A stretch of 54,688 nucleotides of DNA from a virus (Duplodnaviria; Caudoviricetes): IMG/VR virus record IMGVR_UViG_3300028557_000048, positions 1 through 54,688 of that record, one strand, 5' to 3'. Under the pieces are notes generated by a model. The model worked only from the letters and a program-made list of their open reading frames with translations, did not search any database and had not been told where the DNA came from. Both the position numbers and the translations under genes were made by a program. Shown here one piece after another: positions 1-8,083 of the stretch (its first letter is position 1; each line of letters begins with the position of its first letter).

Positions 1-1015
1 ATGCTGCTGCGTCAGTTTCCGATGAACCCTTGTATCCTACGAGTACTGGCTGAGTGTCTGGTGCATATGAGTTAACAAATACACGCATTGCACCGTTAAG
101 AGTACCAACAAACTTGGTGTTAGTTGGGGCTTCGAAAGTGCCTTCAGTTGTACGAGCGAATGCTGAAGTTGTTGCTGACTGTAGAACAGTAAGTGAAGCT
201 GGTGAAACAACAGCCCAGTTACCTGCACCACGACGAGTACGCTGTGCGATCAAGTTTGCAACACGGTTGATGAGTACTGCAAGAGCAGCATGTTCGTCAC
301 CAACGTAAGTAGCAGTACCTGAAACAGTTGCTTGGTTGAATGTGTATTCAGTTGAAGCAAGAGTTGCAAGTGAGAGCAAGATTTCTTGGTCGATTTCAGC
401 AGTGATTTCTTGTGCAAGAGCAGCCATGATTTCTGCTTCTACGTCGATACCGTGCTGTGACTGTGCATCCTGTGCAGCTTCGAAAGTCCAACGAGCTTGT
501 AGCTTGCGTGACTTGGCTTCTACAGCCTGACGAAGGATCTGAACAGAAATCTGCTTACCACCGTTACCTTCTAGTGATGCAGTATCAGCACCAGTGTAGA
601 AACTAGTAGTGGTTGCATCTGAAGGAACGCGTGAGTATGCCTGTGCGATCTTGAATGGTGATAGTGCTTCTTCACCTGCAGTTACCGGAGTAGCTGCTGC
701 TGAAGTGTCGCCCAATGATTGAGCATAACGAACACGTAGAGTGTGGATCTGACCAACTGGACCAGTCATTGGCTGAATGCCGACTAGTTCGTTAGCGATA
801 ACAGTTGGCATAACACGACGAATTACTGGAAGAATAACGCGGTTTAATGTTGCGATATTACCAGCAGTAGTGGTACCAGCCGAAGATTCAGCAAGAAGCT
901 GCTTCTTTGTGTTTTCGAGAAGGACGCCCATTGTAGAGCGACGATTTCCTCTTAAGCCTTCAAGTAGGGCATCTTTAGTTTCCCCCCAACGACTTTCTAA
1001 AAGTACTTTTGACAT
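1..1015 (-). CDS. gp23: Major capsid protein, T4 gp23-like (3' end runs off the window)
   Basis: Not in the ORF track because there is no stop in the window. Manual translation from ATG 1015 gives MSKVLLESRWGETKDALLEG...VIRRVMPTVIANELVGIQPMTGPVGQIHTLRVRY, the gp23 QPM-GP-G motif. SD AGGAG upstream. Confidence 0.95.
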   Translation of the reverse strand, partial: MSKVLLESRWGETKDALLEGLRGNRRSTMGVLLENTKKQLLAESSAGTTTAGNIATLNRVILPVIRRVMPTVIANELVGIQPMTGPVGQIHTLRVRYAQSLGDTSAAATPVTAGEEALSPFKIAQAYSRVPSDATTTSFYTGADTASLEGNGGKQISVQILRQAVEAKSRKLQARWTFEAAQDAQSQHGIDVEAEIMAALAQEITAEIDQEILLSLATLASTEYTFNQATVSGTATYVGDEHAALAVLINRVANLIAQRTRRGAGNWAVVSPASLTVLQSATTSAFARTTEGTFEAPTNTKFVGTLNGAMRVFVNSYAPDTQPVLVGYKGSSETDAAA

Positions 1016-1036
1016 TTATATTCTCCTGATTATTTC

Positions 1037-2140
1037 TTACTTAAGTCCAGCCAGACGCTTGAGGTCGATCACGTTGTCTTTTGTATACGAATCGTCTTCA
1101 TGTTGCTTCTGACTAGATTTGTTACCGGTCGCTTCTATGATCACAGATTTAGCTGCCTTGTCGGCTGTTACTGAACCAGTATTAAGAACGGCTGGTAAAT
1201 ACTTATCGAATGCGTTTTGCAGCTTACCTGTTTGTACGCTTTCTAGCAAAGTCTTCATTACTTCAGCTTTCTCTTCGTTGAGCGGGGATAATAGTTCATC
1301 CATAACTTTTGCTCTCTGAGATGATTCTTTAATAATTCTTACTTCACGATCTTTGTTTTCTACGAGCTTTGTTGCATGTTGTAGTTTTGCAGTAGCTTCA
1401 GCTAACTGTCGATCTTTATGTGCAAGAGCTTTCATTACCTTGCGAGTCTCAGCCTTATCATTGAGATAAGTTACACTGAATTCACTTGCGAAGGATTCGA
1501 AAATCTTGCGACCGAAGTTATTCTTTCTAGCAGACTTGATGTCTTCCTTAAGTTGTGATAATTCTCCCTTAAGTTGAGATGCGACCGCACCGCTAACTTT
1601 CTTTGCGCTCTCAGCGATAAATCTCGCCTTGAGTGCTTCCAATTGCTTGCGGCCTTCAGCGACGAGTTTGACTTTTGCTTCTACCACTGCTTGTCTATCA
1701 ACTGCGAATTCTTTGATTTCACGTGATAGAGCGTGTACGATAAAACCTTCTAGCTTCTTTTGGTTTTCCATCTGAAGTTTGCGATCATTGCGTAGTTCAC
1801 GGATTTCTTCGGCTAGTTTAGTAACCATGAAATCATTGAACTTAGTTGCACTTTCACGTAGTTTTAGTTGTGATTTAACGCGGTCGTCATTCATTGCTTG
1901 TCTTTCAGATTTAAATTCTGCAATTTCTTCTGAAAGATTTGTAGTCATCATTTTGTCGAGAGCTTCTACCATCACATTACGATCATGTTCATAACGTTGT
2001 GCGAATTCTTCATGTAATTCTGCACGTACTTCTTGGCGAGCCTCGTTCAACCTAATTTCCCAGGCTTCATTTAACTGATTCCCGATATCTTCGTTGATCA
2101 GGCCGCTTTCTAGTAGTGGTTTTATAATGTCTAATTTCAT
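1037..2140 (-). CDS. Prohead scaffolding/core protein (gp22-like)
   Basis: 367-aa charged coiled-coil protein between protease and capsid genes; C-terminal 'LKRLAGL' tail; many I/L-x-E sites. Confidence 0.8.
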   Translation of the reverse strand: MKLDIIKPLLESGLINEDIGNQLNEAWEIRLNEARQEVRAELHEEFAQRYEHDRNVMVEALDKMMTTNLSEEIAEFKSERQAMNDDRVKSQLKLRESATKFNDFMVTKLAEEIRELRNDRKLQMENQKKLEGFIVHALSREIKEFAVDRQAVVEAKVKLVAEGRKQLEALKARFIAESAKKVSGAVASQLKGELSQLKEDIKSARKNNFGRKIFESFASEFSVTYLNDKAETRKVMKALAHKDRQLAEATAKLQHATKLVENKDREVRIIKESSQRAKVMDELLSPLNEEKAEVMKTLLESVQTGKLQNAFDKYLPAVLNTGSVTADKAAKSVIIEATGNKSSQKQHEDDSYTKDNVIDLKRLAGLK

Positions 2141-2162
2141 TATACGACATTCCTTTTAATTT

Positions 2163-2918
2163 TTATAGCTTAAGTTCGTTGATGAGGCGTTTTACTTCTT
2201 CACCAAAGAATCGTTGTACTCGTTTACAGTTATCACCGTGCCATCTAGCATAAGTGTTTACTGCATAGTATTGGTCACAATGTGAACAATACGTTTTAGG
2301 TTGCTTTTTACCAAACATTCCGTTTAATTGTCCGATTTTGAATTCAGACATTTTTTGTTTGGCTCGGGCCGCTCTAGGTTTTTTCAGTTTCTCAATAGTC
2401 TGTTGAGAGTGTTTTTTTCCATAAAACGGGGCATCCTTTCCGCTTCTAGACATACCGTGCATGGGGTTGTTACTTCCTGATACATCAGTATGACCAATTT
2501 TCATGTTGGTTTTTACCTGATCAGTAAATCCTAATTTCCATCCTTGTTCTAAATATATGTCAATGTCTTCCGCACAAACCATAATATTTTTTTCTTCTTT
2601 GTGCATTCGTTTTTTATTCTGTGTTGATGTTACATCTGGTGTTGTACAGTTATTTCTGTTGAAACTCTGCGGATTGTTTCTAGCATCAGACACATGTAAT
2701 AATTCTTTTTCTACTACCCTCATCCATTTTGATGATCCATATGCTATTATTTCTCTTTGCCAGTCGCTAGGGGTAGCTTCTATTAGAGGCTTTACATATT
2801 TACTAGAGCATATATATCCGTCGTCAGGGTGGCAATTTTTTGAAGTCCTAGATCCAATGTACCATTTACCAGATGGTAAATGAGTCCAACGATATACATA
2901 TGACAAGTTAGAAGACAT
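2163..2918 (-). mobile_element. Free-standing GIY-YIG homing endonuclease with NUMOD3-like repeats and a C-terminal CxxC...H...C motif
   Basis: N-terminal 'YVYRW...WYIGSR'; 'NNPMHG', 'PFYGKKHSQQTIEKL', 'NGMFGKK'; 'CSHC...RWHGDNC'. Coupled to the gp21 stop by TAATG. Confidence 0.85.
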
Positions 2919-3562
2919 TATATCTTCAACTCCTCTATTAGTTTTAGTATTTCTTTTTGTGCGCGGCGTTGCAGGGCTTGCTCTGTCAAAATATCTCCCT
3001 CTTTCATTGCCTGTAATAACTTGTATCCTGTTTTACTATTGAGAACGCCTTCATAAATTGCTTTGGGATATGCGTTTGGTGCACTAGGTTGGGCAACGAT
3101 ATCAACAGTGATGATTTCAAAATCACTGACTTTACCATCCATGTCGTTTACATTACCTGATCCACGACTGGATACACCTAGTTTAACTCCTGATTCCAAC
3201 ATTGTTCTTACGAGTTGACCCATTGGAGTAGGGAGAATTTTTAGTTTGCCTATTCCGTTTGGTCCGTCCATCCACATGCTTGTGATCATGTGTGATACAC
3301 GGTCTAGGTTGATTTTAAGATCATCTGGATGATCTACTTCCCCCAAAACTGAATAGCCTTCACTGACTTGTTTGTTGAGTGTTTCTACTGCATTTTCGAT
3401 TTCATGGACAGGGTAAATACGCTCATTTGCGTTCTTTACGCCGCCTTGAATGAAAATCCCTTTCATGTACAGGGTTTTTAGATCGCCGTCGCCTTCTTTT
3501 ACAGACTCGACGATCATACCTGCTTTGTCAAAGGTAAGATTTTCTCTAAGATACAAGGCCAT
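2918..3562 (-). CDS. gp21: Prohead protease, T4 gp21-like
   Basis: Motifs GIFIQGGVKNANERIYP, LGEVDHP, LGVSSRGSG, DIVAQPSAPNAY. Confidence 0.95.
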   Translation of the reverse strand: MALYLRENLTFDKAGMIVESVKEGDGDLKTLYMKGIFIQGGVKNANERIYPVHEIENAVETLNKQVSEGYSVLGEVDHPDDLKINLDRVSHMITSMWMDGPNGIGKLKILPTPMGQLVRTMLESGVKLGVSSRGSGNVNDMDGKVSDFEIITVDIVAQPSAPNAYPKAIYEGVLNSKTGYKLLQAMKEGDILTEQALQRRAQKEILKLIEELKI

Positions 3563-3577
3563 TTGCTCTCAGATTCC

Positions 3578-4591
3578 TTATCGAATTGGTTTACGAGCAG
3601 AACGTCTTGATTCTGCTACTGGGCTCTTAGTGTTTGATCCATCGTCACCAAACTTTGGCTTAGGTGCTGCGCTCAAATCTTGTGATTTCTTGCCTGGTGT
3701 GTTCTTGAATGAACCCGCGCCCTTTAGATCCTTTGCAGTAGGAGCCGGACGGCCCTTTTCATCAGTGCCGCCAAAGTTTACTGGATTGCTATCCATGCCA
3801 GCTTTGCCTGAATTGAAAGTGACCGGGCTTCTAGTGTATGAACCGTTGTCTCCGTGAGTTACTGAAACCTTTTGAAGTTGAACAGCTTCATTGGTTGGCA
3901 GCATACCGCGTTCTTTGCGTATGTCATATTCATCTTCAGGGCTTAGGTTACCTAATTCACCAAAGTCGTCGGCGAACTGACGCGCGAGGTCTCTCATGTA
4001 TGCTCGGGCTTCTTCAGGTGTTTTAGGCTCTCTTGGTAATTTGCCGAGGTTCTTGCCGTATGCTCTGTCTAACCTATTCTTTATTTGTTCCTTCGATGAT
4101 TGTGGGTGACCGCCGGTGTCATGTTTGCGACCTTCGGCTATTTCCTCAGCATCAGCATCTTCGAAGTCTTCGTCTTCGTCTTCGTCTTCATCTTCGTCTT
4201 CATCTCCGCCCATGATGTCTTCAAATTCAGCCATCAATTGGTCGAGCTTGTCTTCGATGCGTATTACTGCATCTTCGATTTCATCATTTTCATCATCATC
4301 CATGTCCATGTCCATGTCCATGTCTTCATCTTCGTATTCTGAATCATCATCCTCGAGGTCGAAATCGATTTCTTCATCGTCGTCAGACATGCCTTCTTCT
4401 TCGGCATTAATCTCGTCCATCAACTCGCCCAGGGCATCGCCGCCCATTCCCTCTTCCATTTCATCAGCCATGATTGACTCAAAAATTTCGCGTGATTTTT
4501 CAACAACGATTTCATGGAATAGTTCGCGAGCTTGATCTTCATTCTCGTTTATTACGAGGTTGATTAGTTCTTCATATTTCTTAATATTCAT
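3578..4591 (-). CDS. Highly acidic prohead core/internal protein
   Basis: 337 aa with D/E-rich tracts, located between portal and protease like T4 gp67/68; SD AGGAG upstream. Confidence 0.65.
   Translation of the reverse strand: MNIKKYEELINLVINENEDQARELFHEIVVEKSREIFESIMADEMEEGMGGDALGELMDEINAEEEGMSDDDEEIDFDLEDDDSEYEDEDMDMDMDMDDDENDEIEDAVIRIEDKLDQLMAEFEDIMGGDEDEDEDEDEDEDFEDADAEEIAEGRKHDTGGHPQSSKEQIKNRLDRAYGKNLGKLPREPKTPEEARAYMRDLARQFADDFGELGNLSPEDEYDIRKERGMLPTNEAVQLQKVSVTHGDNGSYTRSPVTFNSGKAGMDSNPVNFGGTDEKGRPAPTAKDLKGAGSFKNTPGKKSQDLSAAPKPKFGDDGSNTKSPVAESRRSARKPIR
4168..4323. repeat. Coding hexanucleotide microsatellites, (TCTTCR)n encoding (DE)n and (TCCATG)n encoding (DM)n
   Basis: Visible tandem 6-mers at about 4168-4204 and 4299-4323. 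Confidence 0.8.
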
Positions 4592-4628
4592 TAGAATTTT
4601 CTCCTGATTGAAAATGGCCTTGCATAGT

Positions 4629-4636
4629 TACTTATG
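4629..4636 (-). promoter_or_regulatory. Late promoter candidate CATAAGTA
   Basis: Variant of the recurring NATAA(A/G)TA motif, upstream of the core-protein gene. Confidence 0.5.
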
Positions 4637-4701
4637 CGCTATCTTAGAAAACAGCGTATTAACTCTGTATTTTTTGCATTTTGTAGTTAAGACTAGGTAT
4701 C

Positions 4702-4935
4702 TTAGATGCCCGGAGGCATACCGCCAGACTCTGGTTTAGGACCATATTGAGTCCTTACTTTAGAAAGATAGATATTCTTCTCGTAATTTCTAACATCTAA
4801 CATACGTCGTAATTTACGAATCTGTTTTAATGTTAGTTTGGTCTTGCGTGAGGTACGCCATACAGGCTTGCTGTTGTCGTCGTTGACATCTTGTAGCCCA
4901 TTAATAGGGGTATCAAACACCTCAGTTAATAACAT
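4702..4935 (-). CDS. Small basic hypothetical protein downstream of portal
   Basis: 77 aa with SD AAGGAG; preceded by AATAAATA (4953-4960). Confidence 0.75.
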   Translation of the reverse strand: MLLTEVFDTPINGLQDVNDDNSKPVWRTSRKTKLTLKQIRKLRRMLDVRNYEKNIYLSKVRTQYGPKPESGGMPPGI

Positions 4936-4952
4936 ACCGTTCTCCTTATTTG

Positions 4953-4960
4953 TATTTATT
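4953..4960 (-). promoter_or_regulatory. Late promoter candidate AATAAATA
   Basis: Resembles the T4 late TATAAATA; intergenic and upstream of an SD. Confidence 0.55.
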
Positions 4961-4999
4961 CATCTTATAAAATAAGACATTGGTAGATTAGTAACTCTG

Positions 5000-7900
5000 T
5001 TATATTTGCATTGGACTGTTCGGTGAAGGGGTACCGGGGCCGCCCATTGTTGGTTGTCCGGCAACATCACTTGCTACTGGACCTGTTACTTCATCTGGCA
5101 TGTTGCCTTCTTGATCTATAGAAGAAAGTTCGTCTGCCATAGTTTGGTCTGCATCGAAATCTCCAGTGGACACCCCGATATTGCGTAGATCAGAGCCTTG
5201 GGGAGACATATCAACTTCTTTCTTGTTTTCTTCTTCCCACATTTTTTCGTTCTTTTTGATTTCTTCTTCGGACAAGCCCAAAAATCTTTCAAGAGCAAAC
5301 CTCTTAGACATGTAAGGAAATGCTTCCATAGAAGCGAAGGTTTGCACCCGTGCTGTATCCATCTCTGCTTGCCGATAAGCAGCAAAATTTTGGGGAGGAT
5401 TAAACGCAATTTGAAACAGACCAGTATCAATATTGAATCCTCTCCAGCGAAGGAACAGCTTGAACTCTTCATCTAATTTCATACCGATGTAATTCTGCAA
5501 TCGTTCACAGTACTGATTGAATCTGAATTCTTGAATCATAGCAGTACCGACACGGCCATCGTTCATTGGTGTCGTGTTGTCATCTGGTCCAGTTGGCAGA
5601 TAACTTGACGGTACACGAAGACCACGAGCAAGACGATTGTTGAAGTATTTCAAGTCATCGATCTCACCAAGATTCTGTCCACCAGGAAGAACTTCAACTG
5701 ACGACCCACGACCTTCAGCGGTGACAGGAAAGAAGTAATCCTCATTCATTGAGTTTTTGACGAAAATACCCGCGTCAATAGCAAAAGTATGATAATCGTG
5801 CCACTTATGTAGTCCATCAATAGTGATAGTTCCAGTATCTCTGCTTGATACTTTAGTTATCTTTACTACCCTGTGATTGAAGTTGTCTATTTCACGAACG
5901 AAATGTTTCCAGTTGTTGTATCCGAACTGATTAAGTAATCTATCAAGCTTACTATAACCAAACTTAGTAAAATCTATTTTACAATGAGCATTTTTATAAT
6001 CTAATGAAGTGGAGTTAAGTTCTTTAACTAAGTTCAATAGTGTTATACTATTATCGCATTCTTTCAATACATCATTTTTATTTTTAGTACCACTTTTAAC
6101 GATGTCCGACACGATTTGTAACATATCAAACGACAAGTTCAACGATTGATTCTTAATCTTTACGCGATGCTCGCAGTTATCTTTAACAATCTTCATCATT
6201 TCGGGATTGCTAGCAAGATATTCTTTGCGTGACTTGCTCATGTTTTCTTTATATCGTGTAGCAACATCTACATCATTCTGTCTCAGCCAAACAGCTTTTT
6301 GTTGTGCGTTTCTAATATTCCATAGTTTCGCTAACCTATCTTCTTCTGATAAGTTTTCCCAGTATTCTTTGAGTGTATTTGATATCTTAGAAGTCATTTC
6401 TTCACGATAGTCATTAGACATTGTTTCCCAGAAGTCTTTTTTCTGTGCCGCATGATACATTATATGATCAGCTTTGTTCATATAAGTTAGATTTCTAGGA
6501 TCGTTATTGAAACGATTATAATCTTTATGATGAATAGTAGTTCTGGGTGATAACACATATTCAGCAAGATAGCTAAACTCTTGGTGCTTGCCCTTTTCAC
6601 GGAAAAACTCACCTACCATTCTATGAGTCCATACCCAAGATTTGGATTCATGATCCCATACTTGCTGATACTCGTTAGTTTTTCCTCCTGACATAGCTTT
6701 ATTCTGGGTATTGAATGCTATCAAACTATCCTGTTCAGTGAGATATTGTGCTTCAACAAAACCTTTACCAAATACCGGCAGTTTATGATCCGGAGTGCAG
6801 ATCAATGTTTTACCGTTGTCAAACGTAAGCTCAAGAACTTCCGTGTCTTTTCTAGTAACTCCGGCCCAGTTAATTACGCCCGGTACTATCTTACCAGATT
6901 CTGGATCACAACTATACGCCCAGTTTTCTTTACCTTCTTCAAACTCTGTAATAATCTCACTCAATGGTAATGTTCTACCATCCAATAATGGAATCTTTGT
7001 TTCTAAATCCAAACATAGGGGATTGTATGAAGCATCAACTATTGACGCTCCGCCATACAACGAAGGAATTCTGCGTTGGTGAATTTCATTCTTGACACGT
7101 TCAACAAATGCCATTGCTAAGTGACTCGGCATGTTGCCAACATCGATCTTGAACATTCTACGTTCAGGAGCACGTTGCACACGATAGATAAGAACAGCGT
7201 CTTCTAGTAGTTCTTTCTGCTTGTAGACCTTGAAGATGTTCTCTAGGATCGACTGACCGAATGGCCAGAATCTGTCAAGTCCTTCTGTTAATGATAAGTG
7301 GACGATATGCTTTGCGTCTATCGCAGATTCACTCTGTCCCAATGTGAATCGTGAGCCCGTAGTATTGTATGGCATTGCAGGAACCGTGTAAGGAGTGTTG
7401 GTGCCGCCTCCGGTACCACCCAAACCAGTTGCAGGGTTAGCAGCAAAGTCAGTATTCGTTTTTTGTGCTACTGATAAGTTCTGTAGGTTGATGTTGATGT
7501 CCTTTAAGACATACTGTTCTGGCTTCTTGCCTTCACTCTCGTTGACGATAACTTTAATGACTTTGACCATGTCGACCCAGTATAGTTTGAAGTTTTCGGG
7601 GTCGCGCACAAACACTTGGTCGCCGTACTTTACAACATTGCGGAAAATCTTAAATATACGGCCATTAAATTCATTTAGTTTACACCACTGCTGCAATTGC
7701 TTACTTAACAACTCTACTTCATGTGGGGTAGGGGTTTCTTTAAATTCGAAAGAAAACGGTGTCTTATTGTGTTCATTTCTTTGGGTAGAGAACTCTGCAA
7801 GAATATCTAAACATGCATTGATCTCAGCATCAACGTCCATCATTTCATATTGGTTGTAACGTTCGATTCTGTTAGGGTGACCGGTGTAGACTTCAGGAAG

Positions 7901-8062
7901 CCTACTCATATAATTTTTATAGCCAAACTCGGTGTTATTATAACCGCCGGTCGGCGTGCCATTCTGTCCAGGCGACCCATTCCAAGCCCCGCTGTTGCTG
8001 TTAAGCCCAGAAATAGGACTTGATACACCTGATTTATTTAGGAATTTCTTTTTATAGCTCAT
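5000..8062 (-). CDS. gp20: Portal protein, T4 gp20-like, interrupted by an intein (mature protein about 599 aa)
   Basis: Motifs LLEDAVLIYRVQRAPERRMFKIDVGNMP, EDYFFP, LPGGQNLGEIDDLKYF. Confidence 0.95.
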   Translation of the reverse strand: MSYKKKFLNKSGVSSPISGLNSNSGAWNGSPGQNGTPTGGYNNTEFGYKNYMSRLPEVYTGHPNRIERYNQYEMMDVDAEINACLDILAEFSTQRNEHNKTPFSFEFKETPTPHEVELLSKQLQQWCKLNEFNGRIFKIFRNVVKYGDQVFVRDPENFKLYWVDMVKVIKVIVNESEGKKPEQYVLKDININLQNLSVAQKTNTDFAANPATGLGGTGGGTNTPYTVPAMPYNTTGSRFTLGQSESAIDAKHIVHLSLTEGLDRFWPFGQSILENIFKVYKQKELLEDAVLIYRVQRAPERRMFKIDVGNMPSHLAMAFVERVKNEIHQRRIPSLYGGASIVDASYNPLCLDLETKIPLLDGRTLPLSEIITEFEEGKENWAYSCDPESGKIVPGVINWAGVTRKDTEVLELTFDNGKTLICTPDHKLPVFGKGFVEAQYLTEQDSLIAFNTQNKAMSGGKTNEYQQVWDHESKSWVWTHRMVGEFFREKGKHQEFSYLAEYVLSPRTTIHHKDYNRFNNDPRNLTYMNKADHIMYHAAQKKDFWETMSNDYREEMTSKISNTLKEYWENLSEEDRLAKLWNIRNAQQKAVWLRQNDVDVATRYKENMSKSRKEYLASNPEMMKIVKDNCEHRVKIKNQSLNLSFDMLQIVSDIVKSGTKNKNDVLKECDNSITLLNLVKELNSTSLDYKNAHCKIDFTKFGYSKLDRLLNQFGYNNWKHFVREIDNFNHRVVKITKVSSRDTGTITIDGLHKWHDYHTFAIDAGIFVKNSMNEDYFFPVTAEGRGSSVEVLPGGQNLGEIDDLKYFNNRLARGLRVPSSYLPTGPDDNTTPMNDGRVGTAMIQEFRFNQYCERLQNYIGMKLDEEFKLFLRWRGFNIDTGLFQIAFNPPQNFAAYRQAEMDTARVQTFASMEAFPYMSKRFALERFLGLSEEEIKKNEKMWEEENKKEVDMSPQGSDLRNIGVSTGDFDADQTMADELSSIDQEGNMPDEVTGPVASDVAGQPTMGGPGTPSPNSPMQI
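5753..7015 (-). mobile_element. 421-aa intein with HNH endonuclease domain in the portal
   Basis: Starts NPL|CLDLETKIPLLDG; block B 'LICTPDHK'; HNH 'IHHKDYNRFNNDPRNL...H...H'; ends 'YHTFAIDAGIFVKN|S'. Removing it rejoins YNPL-SMNEDYFFP. Confidence 0.93.
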
Positions 8063-8068
8063 GACTTA

Positions 8069-8076
8069 TATTTATC
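8069..8076 (-). promoter_or_regulatory. Late promoter GATAAATA, 6 nt before the portal ATG
   Basis: Motif match; no SD between motif and ATG. Confidence 0.65.
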
Positions 8077-8083
8077 TTTTATA

